A stretch of DNA of 33,046 bases from Ranitomeya imitator (Eukaryota). The DNA lies in NCBI RefSeq assembly GCF_032444005.1, contig NC_091286.1, positions 654,782,001 through 654,815,046 on the forward strand, in the 5' to 3' direction. The translations under genes and the position numbers were made by a program. The notes beneath the pieces were generated by a model. The model saw only the letters and a program-made list of their open reading frames with translations, was not told the DNA's origin and made no database searches. Position 1 is the first letter of the stretch, and each line of letters starts with the position of its first letter. This document shows, in pieces, positions 11,371 to 23,439 of the stretch.

Positions 11371-13050
11371 AAACCATCTTCGTGTGCCAGCAGTTAACAT
11401 AAAAACCGATATAAATCTGGTATCTCTGTAATCGCACCGACCCGAAGAATAAAGTCGCCTAAACTTTTATACTGCACGATGAACGGCATAAAAAAATATT
11501 AACAGCAGTTAAAGAATTTGTTTTAATTTCATTGTGCCTCCCAAAGATCACAGTAAGGCTTGGCACACATTTATCCTGCCCTCTGCGCTTAGCACTTACA
11601 CCGGGGTTTCATTGTAAATATGTGATACAGACAGAAACCCCGATGGAAAATTCCCTATAATGAGGCAGATGGAGTCACTGTGGACGCCATAGGACCCATG
11701 ATCCGGCAGTGTGTCTTTTCAGGATTGCAGAGTTTTATGCATTTGTGAAAAGGACACTGCTGAACAGAGGCCAGATGGAGTCCAGAGTAAATCTGCTGCC
11801 TCATTATACTGAATGGATATCTTCGGGGTTTCATCTGTCACATCACTTGCAGATTTAGATGGAAACACCAAAGTAAGTGGTCGGCATTGAGCGCTGGATA
11901 AATGTGATCCCAAACATTATGTAAAATGTTCCCAATAAAAGCTTCAACTCAATCCACAAAAAAAGCAAGTTCTCACTCAGATTTGTTATCTGTTAACGGA
12001 AATATAGGGGACATCCACGTTACTGGTAGCACAAAGGCTCTGGAAAAGCAAAATGGCTCCTCACCCGCCAAAAGAAATTGAGCAAAATCTCTGCTTCCAA
12101 ATCCAAATGCCCCCCTCCCTTCTGAGCCCCAGTGTGCCTAAACAACTTTTAGCACCCACATGTTTGGCATGTCTATAGTGATAAGAGCCTGCATAATTTA
12201 CAGGTGCGTGTCTCCAGAAGCATGAGCTGGGCATAATGAACTGGTCGCTACAACGGTAGTTTGCAATTTTCACTCTGCAACATCCACTGCTGCTGTTTCT
12301 GGAAAACACCGATGATGTCAAAATAGTCCTTACACCTGTAGATAAATTCCCAAAGGGGTATAATTTCCAAAATATTGTCACTTATGTGCTTTTACCAGAG
12401 GAAACCCCACACAAGGGGCTCTCCAAACGCGACAAGGCATTCGCTAAATATTCCAGTAAATTTTACATTCAAAAAGTCAAATGGCGCTCCTTCCCTTCCA
12501 AGTGCCACCGTGTGCCGAAACGGTAGTATCCCCCACACAATGGATATCTGTGTACTTAGGAGAACTTGCACAACAAATTGGATGGAGCAATTTCACCTGT
12601 TACCCTTATTAAAGTGCAAAACATGGAGCTAAAAATTTTTTTTTTACATTTTTCAAAAATAAATCTAACTTCCATGGCTCTACTTTATAACTTTCTGTGA
12701 AGCACCTGTGGGTTTAAAGTGCTGAATACACATCTAGATAAGTTCCCTAAGTGGTTTCCAAAATGGTTTCACTTGTGGGGGGGGGGTGTTCCTCTGTTAA
12801 GGCACACCAGGGGCTTTCCAAACACGACATGTCAACTGCTAATTGCATTCAAAATATGAAATGGCGCTTCTTCCCTTCCAAGCCCTGCGCCTAAACAGTG
12901 GATTTTTTTTCAACATATGGGGTATCTGCATTCACAGGAGAAATTGTACTACAAAATGTATGGTCCATTTTCTCCTGTTACCTTTGCAAAAGTAAAAAAT
13001 ACTGTAGGTCTATAGGAAAAAAAATTGTGAAGGTAAAGGTTTTTTTTTTT
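11371..13050 (+). mobile_element. Older diverged relative of the TTAA element, right part
   Basis: Degenerate versions of the family motifs (GACCCGAAGAATAAA, GGCGCTCCTTCCCTTCC, CTAGATAAGTTCC, GGGGCTCTCCAAAC) in the same order as copy 2. Confidence 0.6.
11557..11912. mobile_element. Degenerate Harbinger-like MITE
   Basis: Imperfect TIR CACATTTATCC ... GGATAAATGTG, preceded by TAA, with internal inverted repeats. Right end is decayed. Confidence 0.45.
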
Positions 13051-13703
13051 TCATCTACACATGAATTTTTGTATTGTGGAGGTGAAGTATCTGAAGGGTG
13101 TCTAACAAACAATGAAAAAGGGTGAACTTGCCAAATGAAAGTTAATTTTTAAAAGGGTTTTTTTCTCAGTTAGCTTTTGTAAGTATAAAATGTATACCCC
13201 ACTGGTGTTGAAGGTGCACTTGTGCATAATAGCTATCTAAAATCCATATAACCCAAGGAGTAGATACGAATAACGAGAGATCAGTATGATACCCTATCCT
13301 CACTATTTACCCCTGGAATGATCAATACATATAGATAACAATAACAATAACTTCCTAATGGACTTAAATAAGGTCCTATCTATACTACTGCTCTGATATC
13401 TGCAGTTCCTCATAAGGCCATTTAGACCAGGTAAAATAACCTTAAAGATTATGTCTAAATGTATGCACATCTATCGTGATACCTATAGTTGTTCAAATTT
13501 CTTTACTCCCAAAAACAGCGTTTAATAAGGGACAGCGCACTTAGCACATCTATCTGATGGTCTACCTACTAGCAGAGGTTGGCACCCTAAGATGACGTAC
13601 AATTGCTTTCCCTAAGCTCCTATTCACACCCCGACAGACCACAATAGAAGAAAGAGCCAGATTGGCGTGTGTCCAAGTTTTCTGTTGGGATCTATGGGCA
13701 GCT

Positions 13704-14330
13704 TGGCAAATTAAGTTTACAGCTGAAATACACAGGGAATCGATCGCATTTCTAGATCTCACAATAGGCAAAGATGGGGATGGTTACATCACCAAAACAT
13801 TCTGGAAACCAACATCAACAAACCGTCTTACACTGGGATAGCCATCACCCAGTCCTCAAACGGGTTATACCTAAAGGACAGTTTTTACATATTAAAAGAA
13901 ACTTTTAAGAAAATCGTGATTTTTGTGTGGCACAGGCACATGATCTCAGCCATAGGTTCTCAAAAAGGGGTTACCCAAGACAAGTAATTGATGAAGCATG
14001 AGATCATGCTGCTTGTCAGAACCGACGTCAATTACTACACCCAAGACAGTGATGACCTAATGGATATACCCAGAATAATTGGTACATTTGATAGCCAGTC
14101 CGGGGCTGTCTTTAATATCTTAAAGAAATACTGAGGAATCTTGGGAGCTGAACCAGAATTAAAAAAATACTTACCAGCCACCCCAAAATTAACCTATAGG
14201 AAGGGGAGATCCCTTAAGGACTGTTTGGTCCATAGCTTTTATCAAAGGCCTCTACAACAGGGGACATGGCTGGATCAAAAGCCCTGTGGCACATTCAAAT
14301 AGGGTGATTGAACATGTGTATGCATGGGCA
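13704..14330 (+). pseudogene. Penelope-like element RT C-terminal/linker remnant
   Basis: Manual translation across frameshifts and stops: IKFTAEIHRESIAFLDLTI..TKTFWKPT / LHWDSHHP..IPKGQFLHIKRN / FSKRGYP / TYRKGRSLKDCLVHS. These motifs are typical of the PLE RT thumb and linker. Confidence 0.8.
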
Positions 14331-15169
14331 AAATTTACAAAGTTTGGATGCATCTGCACTTTATTTATGGACGCACTATAAATTGGGGGTATGTCACAGT
14401 AAAGAAATCCACCCTCTCCATTCTATTACCACCCAATATTTTTCTTGTTAAAATGATATTAAATTATTTTATAGGACTATTTAATATAGGTGTAAATGGG
14501 GTGTAATGTTCAATTATGGTATTGGCATCTACCCTTACCCTGGGGTACCGTACAGCAGGCACAAGCAGAAATCATGCAACCCTCTCGGACTAACATCCCT
14601 CACTATTGGTGTCCATAAACATAAAATGGGCACAAATACCTATCCATCACAATATATCCTGACAATATAGCTAGCCAACACAATAAGGGTGGTATGAATC
14701 TCCAAATTTTTTTATTCATTCGCTTTTGGCTGACAATCTATGGCATGACAATAAACAATGGGAAAAATCATCAAACATTTTTAAAAATAAATTTTCACAC
14801 AGCTTTCGGTCCTCCCGTATAGCATTGTATCCTTCTGGGTAAGTAGTAAAGTGTAAAATTGATTCTTATGTGGTGACGATGTATCTGAAAAAATAAACAC
14901 ATAAATCATAATTAAAACTTATAAAATATCATTAGGGATATCAAACCCCCATTTATACTAATACTCATAATATGAGGAAAGAAAGATATACATACGTTGA
15001 CTCATATAGCAGACTGCATTTTAAAACCTAAATTCAAACCCTTAGGTCTAAGGGTATTCAACTCCTAAATCCATTGTAATTCCCTACGTTTCAGTAGGTG
15101 GGTCCTGTCGCCTCCTCTCCTCTGCTGAGGGGTCACATCAAACATACTGAGAAACAGATCTGGTTTAGA

Positions 15170-15430
15170 ATTATTGAATTCAGTGAAGTGTTTAGATCCC
15201 GGAATATCTAATCCTTTTTTCTAATGGTGTATCGGTGGCGATGTATCAAAGTTGTGAAGCCGAACGTCGTCTCACCAACATACCACAAATTGCATGGGTA
15301 TTGAAGAAGATAGATGACATGATCAGGATTACATGTCAGAAAATGCTTTTCATATGATAAAAGGATCATCATTTTGCCATCCTCATACCCATGAAACATA
15401 AGAGACCAATTTCTACACATTAGGCATGGA
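15170..15430 (-). pseudogene. PLE GIY-YIG endonuclease remnant
   Basis: ORF 15208-15420: FLTCNPDHVIYLLQYPCNLWYVGETT...HRHRYTIR, matching the VIY..CPC..YVGET pattern. Confidence 0.8.
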
Positions 15431-15649
15431 AAGCAATCTTTCCTCTCTACCCCCGTCAGGGAGATTTGATGGGATTTTTAAAAATATCTGACTATTAGTC
15501 TCTATTTTTTTTTTTGTAAGAAAAAGTGGATGCCTTTTGAAAAGTGAAGGAATTTAAAACCTCACCAGTTAGCATTCCCCAATGTTAATTCATTATATCT
15601 GCCACATTCCTACTCTTACAAGTCCCGTTAGTATCAACGTATATGGAAG

Positions 15650-16523
15650 TGTGACGCCCAAGAGACCGGGGTACCCTGCACCGGACCAATGGGGTCTGTC
15701 TCTTGAGGGGGGTGTCACGGGTGGCTTGACCCGGTGCTGTGGCCTCAGGCAATGCACAGTGTAAGGGGTATCGTGAGGGAACAGGCACTTACTTGATCAG
15801 CAGCAGGTTCTCCCAGCGGTGATGATCCCAATCCTGGATAGATGGCTATTGTCCAAATGAAAGACTGAGGCACTGAAACGTTTAACCAGTTTACTTTAAC
15901 AAAAAAGGATTTACAACCAGTCCTGTCACCGGAGTCTGTATGGGAACTCTGAGTTACTTTGACCCTGCCGGGGTCTTCGCCTCTTATTGTGGCCCTGCTG
16001 CTGTATGTGAACTGGCTGCCGGCCCAATCTGTCCCCTCCGGGTCCTGGTTCGACGGGCAACCCGAGTCCTTTTATCGGCTTACCCCCTCCGGGAGTACCG
16101 CTGAACTCTGTGTCTGTTGCTGCATCCGACCCTAGTGAAGCTGATATCACCTCACGTTTTTCCGGTTGCTGTATTATATGTAATGAATACAGCCACGGAT
16201 CCGGTATCCGTCTTTGCGCCTGTTCTGGGTAGTGATTAATGCTACCCGGTTCTCACAATGTCCTTTTTCTCTATCCCTCTTCTCCTCAGGCCGGTGATTT
16301 AGGCCTGGTAACAGTCACAGGGCTGTTAGAAATTCAACTGTATGACCTCTCACTTTCAGCTCCTTGGCCCAACTGCCAGTTCTTCTCTCAGACCAGAATG
16401 GATCAAGGGGAGTCTCTGGAGCTCCCCCTTCTGGCCGGAGGTGGTAGTGCAGTCTTGCTATTTTAGTATTTGCATTTACTGTCAGTAACTATTTTTGTGG
16501 CAAATACCCCTAGGGGTGCCACA
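15650..16523. mobile_element. Solo LTR (874 bp), Gypsy- or ERV-type
   Basis: TGTGACGCCC ... GGGTGCCACA ends. 4-bp TSD GAAG (15646-15649 and 16524-16527). No internal region. Confidence 0.85.
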
Positions 16524-16559
16524 GAAGCATTTTTACTTTTTAGATTTGGTTCCTAAAAA

Positions 16560-16900
16560 GGTGGTTCTCTCATGCTTCAATATTTTTCTTTTGTTGATCT
16601 AATAGTGCATCATGATACCCTCTATGCTTAAACTTTTTAATCCAAAGTATATTTATTTGAGGTCATGGAAAAGTGTGCAAAAATTTTTTCCAGCGAACAA
16701 ATTTTGACGTATATTTGACCGCAGCCCCCTTGGAACTTTTCATTCTCTATAATATTGGCCCAATGTAGTAAGGTGCAATTGTAATGTTTTAATCCGTTTC
16801 AGTTCATTCTCATACTTGTGTATCATATCTAGTACAGATGGTGTTTTCAATAATGTTGCACCTCCTATTCTCCCCTAGAATCAGTTCCTCGTCCTCAGTC
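16560..16900 (-). pseudogene. PLE ORF N-terminal remnant
   Basis: Manual translation: MIHKYENELKRIKTLQLHLTTLGQYYRE*KVPRG/LRSNIRQNLFA...NKYTLD. Resembles the LH..TL.EY...PRGLR N-terminus I recall from amphibian PLE ORFs. Confidence 0.55.
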
Positions 16901-17170
16901 TTAAAATGAAATACGTCAGGTTCCTTAATATTTTCATTCATGGTCTTTGGAAAATATTCCTATAGTTATAAAAAAAAAAGTGAAAAAAATTGTACAAAAA
17001 AATTGCGGATGTACATAGAATAGAAAAAAGTAAAACCGCACAAAATTTACATAAGCGGGTGCACAGGCCTTCCCAACAGTTCATCCAGTACTTGTCGAAG
17101 TCCATAAAAAAGAGCAGCACATCGTATAGTTCAGGTGAAAAGGTGGATTTTATTCAGACCCACATGGCAT

Positions 17171-17208
17171 GGCGACATTTTGGCTCTCACTGAGCCTTTT
17201 TAAAGCAG
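17171..17208 (-). ncRNA. Decayed minimal hammerhead ribozyme (PLE pseudo-LTR)
   Basis: Minus strand reads GC TTTAAAAA GGCTC AGTGA GAGCC AAAATGTC GC. Stem II is intact; the core differs from TTGAAAA...GAAACGTC at three bases. Confidence 0.5.
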
Positions 17209-17971
17209 TGATTTCACCTTATAGGTGAGTATATACAAATTTAATTCACAATTATCAATGATGATAAACATAAATAGTATAAAGGTGCAAAATAATCCAT
17301 TCAATTTTTAATCATGAATACATTCCGTATTCTCCTAGAAAGTGATAGTGCTTTGTGTACATAGACAGTAAAGCCTAATACACATCATTCACTCCCAATT
17401 CCATTATCCGTGCAGCTGCTTAAAAATTAATTCATACAGGGTGAGTGAATTAAAGAATGTGCACATGGGGGACCCCAAATAAACACTTTAGTCAGCGTTC
17501 TGCTGACTGTGCGTGTCACTGTGCGTCTCAGACTACCAGCCAATAGTAACGTCCGTTATGAGGCAGGCTGTCAAAACAAAACACCTACTGCACATATCTT
17601 GATGCTTATTAGATTAATAACTCTATCTGTTATGACAAGATGGAGATGGTGTTGAGGAATATTAGTGATGGATATTGTATAAATAGAAATGTCAATATGA
17701 TATATAATCGGTATTTTGCGTGTTTATTTTTCTGTACTTGTATTGATTGAATAAATTGGCGTGGGATACCAATTTTATCAACCAGCTGAGGTAAAGCAGA
17801 CAGCTGGCGGCTGGTGTTCTGGTTAGGGGCTGATGTCCATAAAGGTTCCCAGCTTAATATCAGCTTGCATCTGTCTGCATAGCCTTTACTGTTCATTTTT
17901 TGGTAGTACCCCCTTTTTAATTTAGTGAGGTCACCCCTATTTTTTTAATAACCAGCAAAGGCTAAATGGAT

Positions 17972-18233
17972 AGAAGAGGATTCTTTACTGTTAGGGCAGT
18001 GAGAATCTGGAATTGCTTGCCTGAGGAGGTGGTGATGGCGAACTCAGTCGAGGGGTTCAAGAGAGGCCTGGATGTCTTCCTGGAGCAGAACAATATTGTA
18101 TCATACAATTATTAGGTTCTGTAGAAGGAAGTAGATCTGGGTATTTATTATAATGGAATATAGGCTGAACTGGATGGACAAATGTCTTTTTTCGGCCTTA
18201 CTAACTATGTTACTATGTTACTATGTTACTATG
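17972..18233 (+). mobile_element. CR1 LINE 3' end
   Basis: Encodes FFTVRAVRIWNCLPEEVVMANSVEGFKRGLDVFLEQ. Ends in an (ACTATGTT)n octamer tail at 18204-18233. Near-identical to 31060-31310 on the opposite strand. Confidence 0.9.
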
Positions 18234-18585
18234 ATAGCTGTGGAATGATCTTAATAGTCTGGAAGGGGGGCCATGGGCCCCTTCCCAACCGAACACCAGC
18301 CCTCAGCTGCCCCCAAAATGGTGCATTCATTAGATGCACAAATTCTGGCGGTTGGTCTCTACTTGCCACCGCACTAGGGCAAGCAAGAAAAGCAAATTAA
18401 TTGTTTATGGGGTTGATGTCTGCTGTGTAATGTCAGACTATGGTGTTACTAATGGAGAGGTATCAACAAAAAGCATGTGCACAGCTCTATGTAATGGTGC
18501 CCAGGTAGGTTCCAAAACCGTAGTGATCAATATAAGAAAACCTGGCACTCAACTTTATAAAGGTATTAATTTTATTCCAAGCGGA

Positions 18586-18870
18586 AGTTATGATCCGGTG
18601 ACCTTGGAGCCGCATGGAACTTTCTCTGGAGTTGGTGTAAACTGTACTGACCGCAAATCCTGAACTTACACCGCAACTAGAAGTAGCCGTGGGGTGTACC
18701 TAACAAATCCTAGACACCTCGACACAGCCGGAGGACTAAATACCCCTATAGATGGAAATGGGAAATCTACCTTGCCTCAGAGCAGAACCCCAAAGGATAG
18801 GCAGAACCCCAAAGGATAGGCAGCCCCCCACAAATATTGACTGAGTAGTAGAGGAAAAGACAAATGCAGG
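18586..18870. mobile_element. Truncated LTR fragment
   Basis: Begins (A)GTTATGATCCGGTGACC, resembling TGTTATGA- LTR starts I recall from frogs. 19-bp tandem duplication at 18782-18819. No second end or TSD seen. Confidence 0.4.
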
Positions 18871-19254
18871 CAGGAAAAGCAACAGCGCGCATGCGCTCGG
18901 CCGCGCAAGTAATCAAATAAATATGGTATTTCATAGAGCAGCATAGGAAAACGTATAGTAGCACACAAATAGAAAATTAAGACAGCAATAGTCAAAGAGT
19001 ATTGTGACGTCACATCCATGGGTCATCTAAATCCGGCCGTAATATCGTACAAAGCTGAAGTACTGGCGAAGAGGATAAAAGATTGAACATGAAAAGGAAA
19101 ACTTGACCACTCCATAATCATTAATGGCACTAGATGATGGACAAAAGACAACAAAATAATTAAATTAATATAAACAAATATAAAAACAAAAGCCATCTAG
19201 AATGAGGGTATGCAAGATGTGTAGAGGGGACATATGAAAAGACCATGCCATTTC

Positions 19255-21190
19255 TTATAAACATGAGGCAAAACTTAGGTACTCATTTAGACACTGGGGG
19301 CCATGGTATCCAGGGTCATGACGTTTGGCTCAGAAAGACCAAATGGATCTTTTATAATTACCCCCTCTGATTCCCAGATGTATAATGTCAATACCCCTCA
19401 CCTTAAGTGTCTTGGCGTCACAATCATGATACGTCTTAAAGTGACGGGGAGTGGTTTTAAGGTCAAAGATTGGCCACTGTCTTGGCTGCACAAATGTCCC
19501 ACAGATGCTCATGCACCCGCATGCATAGTTCCCTAGAAGTCAAACAAATGTATATCATGGAGCACCCGCATGTAGCATAATATATCACATTGGTGCTACC
19601 ATATGATAGATGCTGTCTAATTTGAATTTGTTTGGAACCATCAGATGACTGAAAGGTAGAGCAACGCAGGACATTTGGGCAGGCAAGACAATAGCTGCAA
19701 GGATTGGAACTGGGAACAGAACCCCTGGTACCAAATGGGTTGGTCGTCTCGGGAATATAATGGATCTTAACCAGTAGGTCATTGGTAGTTTTCCATCTAT
19801 GACTTCTAGGATGTCAAAAAACTTCAATTGATGGGCTTGTCACTGAGAATAGCCCAATGTTTTGAGTATAATGTGATTCCGCTCAAGATTAAATGTGGAG
19901 ATGACATGTTTTTTCACCACCACTACTACTCCTCCCATCTTGTGGGTATAAAAGATCATTACAGGGGGTCCTCTAACCTCTCATTATACACCTGTTACTG
20001 TAACCACGATTCTGGAAGTGTGCCCTGAGGTCCAAGGCCTGCCTCTCAAATCGATCATCAGTGGAGCAGATCCATTTTATCCTCAGGAACTGTTCAACCA
20101 GGACTGCTCTAATGTTTGCAGAATTGTGTGAAGAATAGGCATGTATAAGAGCTTTGACCAAAGTTGGCTTCCTATAGACTTCTGTCTGCGTTGATGAGTA
20201 TCAATCAGACAGACATCCAGGAAGGCAATAACATTGGGATCAAACTTGTAAGTCAATTTGATGTTAAATGAATTCACATTAAGAAATGCCATAAATTCCT
20301 CGAGCTGATGCACCGTCCCATCCCACAAAAATAAGGTGTCATCAATATATTGCAGCCAGCACAGCACATGGGAGGGAGGTGGCTTGGCCCCATAGCCAAA
20401 AAGGATCCCTCCCAGGAGCCCAGGAAGAGATTAGCATATGAGGGCGCACAGGCTGTGCCCATGGCTGAGCCATGCTTCTGTAGATAAAATTTGTCTTTGA
20501 AGACAAAAAGAAATTGTGGGTGAGAACAAAGTGCGTGGGCTCAAGGATAAGTTCACACATAGGGCCGTCCAGGTTGGAGGTCCCAAAGAAGAGGCGGATT
20601 GCATCCAAACCATGTGTGTGGTCAATACAGGTGTATAAGGATTCAATATCAGCCGACAGTATTGTTATCCACAAGGATGCAGTCGACGCACTCCAGAACG
20701 TCCATCGTGTCCCGAATGAATGATGGTAATGATTAAACAAGAGGTTTTAAGTAAAAAAACAATACATTTACAAATTGACTCTCAAAGGCCCACAATCCCA
20801 GACACGATGGGGCGTCCCGGGGGGTCGAGGGCATCCTTGTGGACCTTGGGGAGAAGGTTAAAGATGGGGATCTTGAGGGACTTTACCATAAGACTCTCAA
20901 AAACCACCATAGTAATAACATTACCTTCGAAAGCTCGAATCAAGATCTGCTGAAGTTCCAGTCAGAAGGAGGAAACCGGATTATATGATTCACTTTTTAT
21001 ACAAATGGAGGTCCCTCAATTGGTGAAAGGCCTTCTCCTCATACTGTGCAGTTGGTCAGACGATGTTCTCTCCCTTGTCCGCGAGTTTAAACACCACACC
21101 AGGAAGTGACTGTAATTCAGTAATAGCCCGGCGCTGCGCATGTTATGGCCGGACTTAATGACTATGGAGGAAACCTCGTCGATCTGGGCA
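19255..21190 (-). pseudogene. Penelope-like element RT plus GIY-YIG, frameshifted
   Basis: In order on the minus strand: LLPKVHKD..PPGRPIVSG; SADIESLYTCIDH; MGTACAPSYANLFLG; WLQYIDDTLFLWDG; AFLD; FLRIKWICS..RGYS; C..C..C linker; VIYYATCGCSMIYI.LTSREL; HFKTYH..RGGN; LDTMAP..LNE. Confidence 0.92.
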
Positions 21191-21215
21191 AAATGGTAGA
21201 GAGACTTACCCCAGC

Positions 21216-21770
21216 TATTATTATTATTATTATACATTGTTATAGTGCCATTTATTCCATGGCGCTTTACATGTAAATACTGGGCAAATACATTAAACAT
21301 GAGCAAATAACAAGGCACATGGGTACATGAGGGAGGACCCTGCCCGTGAGGGCTCAGTCTGCAGGGGATGGGTGATACTGAACCGCCGCACAACCTGCCC
21401 TGTGTAAGCTCAGAATCACTGCAGGTTGTAAGCTTGTCGGAAGAGGTGAGTCTTCAGGTTCTTTTTGAAGGTTTCTATGGTAGGCGATGTGAGTCTGATG
21501 TGTTGGGGTAGAGAGTTCCAGAGTATGGGGGAAGCACAGGAGAAGTCTTGGATGCGGTTGTGGGAAGAAGAGATGAGAGGGGAGTAGAGAAGGAGATCTT
21601 GAGAGGAGCGGAGGTTGCGTGTTGGTAGGTACCAGGAGACCATGTCACAGATGTATGGAGGAGACAGGTTGTGGATGGCTTTGTATGTCATTGTGAGGGT
21701 TTTGAACTGGAGTCTCTGGGCGATAGGAAGCCAGTGAAGGGATTGACATAGGGGAGAGGCTGGGGAATAG
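21216..21770 (-). mobile_element. L2-clade LINE 3' fragment
   Basis: ORF 21416-21832 contains LHWLPIAQRLQFKTL..YKAIH..P.Y..RNLRSS..LWNSLP..FKKNLKTHLF. The 3' tail reads GTAAAGCGCCATGGAATAAATGGCACTAT..(AAT)n on the minus strand. Confidence 0.88.
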
Positions 21771-21859
21771 CATGTTTTCTTGTAACCCTCCCCCCCCCCC
21801 CCCCCCCCCGATCCCCTAATGAATGGTGTCAATTCCTCTTACTTGAAATGAGGAAGGAT

Positions 21860-22000
21860 CACAATTGTGATACAAAAAAACATTGGCACAAGTAGAAGCC
21901 AAATGGATTGTTGTATTGGATACTATGGCTCCCAGAGGCATAAATGAGTCTATCATTTGCATCTTTCTTATAAATTCTTGCCATTTTTAATTTATTCCAA
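21860..22000 (-). pseudogene. Short PLE RT C-terminal remnant
   Basis: ARIYKKDANDRLIYASGSH..PF resembles the LY.K.TD.N..LH..S.HP motif. Confidence 0.4.
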
Positions 22001-22693
22001 CTATGCTTCCGCCCCTCTGATTTTTTTTTTTCCTTTAACATGTATTGTGTCCTCCCCCCTCCATGTGGTATTGGCTTGTCCCCTTGTTTTTAAATATTTT
22101 AAATTCTGTTTTTATTTTTTCTTATTGTCTTTATGATCTTTGCAGCTGGACTGATGCTATGGTCAGATTCTCTATATGACAGACCTTTTGATGGATGGAC
22201 TTAGTATATATCCGAATACCTGCCGCAGCGGGCTGAAGAGGATACCAATATCCACATAATCATCTAAGAGATGCAACAGCACTTACTTGATATCTGAACA
22301 TGAATTTGTTATTAAATTATTATGTTATGTCCCATGCCTGATATTGTGGTGGTGCATTTATAGCATTATACCTGCTCTCTGTGGATTAGATGGAATTACA
22401 AGTTATTTACCGTTACTACTCTGTCATGGTTGAGACCACGGTGGTTGTGCGCATGCACGCCACGTCTCTGGATTCCTGATGGACGGCGACGTGTCTTTTT
22501 GCTCTGCTCATGCGCGGGGATATTTCTTTTTCTCTCCGCGTGCACAGTGCTTTGTGAGGCCGAGCCGTGCCATGTAGGACCTGTGGGACGCTGCGCGCAT
22601 GCGCCGCCTATAACCCGCCATGATTGGCTCTATTAACACCATGTGACACACCATGTGACCATAAAAGGTCCTTGTCGGTATACCCTCTCATTA

Positions 22694-22738
22694 CCCTTGA
22701 TAAAGCGGTGTGGGAAGCACGCGAAACGCGCGTTGGGG
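22694..22738 (+). ncRNA. Candidate minimal hammerhead ribozyme, U3-A8 core variant, in a PLE pseudo-LTR-like region (~22300-23050)
   Basis: CCC TTGATAA A GCGGTG tgggaag CACGC GAAA C GCGC GTT GGG: stem I, core, stem II, GAAA, palindromic stem III and a GUU site. Followed by a GGTAAGT donor-like site (~22791) and AATAAA (~23023). Confidence 0.65.
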
Positions 22739-23209
22739 TTGTTTGGCGGCCAACTAACACCCTATTGGGGGTCTTTATACCTCTGCCTGCGGTAAGTCTT
22801 CTCTGTTAAATTGTTTTGAACTATAGTGATATTACTTATCAGAATGGGGATCTTACCCTAGCAATATGATGCACTTTCGCACAGGCACTTTAAATGCACA
22901 TATTTCCATCTACTCTATTAGGCAGTAGTATTGAAGTACCCCCTTATTACCATTGCTGCCTTTTCCTGTATTTAAGTATTTTTGATGAATTGTGGTGATA
23001 TACTGGGATTTTTTGAACTTTCAATAAAACTTGTGTTTATTAATCGTACCTGATTACTCTTGTTCCTCTGGTTTTATATAGCCTACTTAAAACCTGTAAC
23101 TGTATATCAGTGAGAATCAGAGGAGAGGTTCAGTACCTGCAGCCCTCCCTGGGCACCACCTGAGGCAAATCTCCCACCAGAAACTTTGTTCTTAGTAGAT
23201 GGTCTAGTA

Positions 23210-23371
23210 GAGGGGTCCCCAACTCCAGTCCTCAAGGCCCACCAACAGGTCATGTTTTCAGGATTTCCTTTGCATTGCACAGGTGATGCAATTATTACCT
23301 GGGCAAGACTAAGGAAATCCTGAAAACATGACATGTTGGTGGGCCTTGAGGACTGGAGTTGGGGACCCCTG
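23210..23371. mobile_element. hAT MITE (162 bp)
   Basis: Long TIR (G)AGGGGTCCCCAACTCCAGTCCTCAAGGCCCACCAACA. 8-bp TSD GTCTAGTA (23202-23209, 23372-23379). Confidence 0.92.
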
Positions 23372-23439
23372 GTCTAGTAGTAATGCGCTTAGTTTGGTGG
23401 ACACTCTTCTTCAGACCCACTTACTGAGATGTCTGAGGT

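Noticed and set aside
14797-14820. Minus-strand GGACCGAAAGCTGT hammerhead half
   Set aside because: The CUGANGA half is missing.
21788-21810. Poly-C run (and A-tracts such as ~8505-8538)
   Set aside because: Simple homopolymers whose length is unreliable in assemblies.
22233-22253. CTGAAGA plus GGAT/ATCC stem as a hammerhead
   Set aside because: No GAAA or stem III follows; at best a truncated relic.
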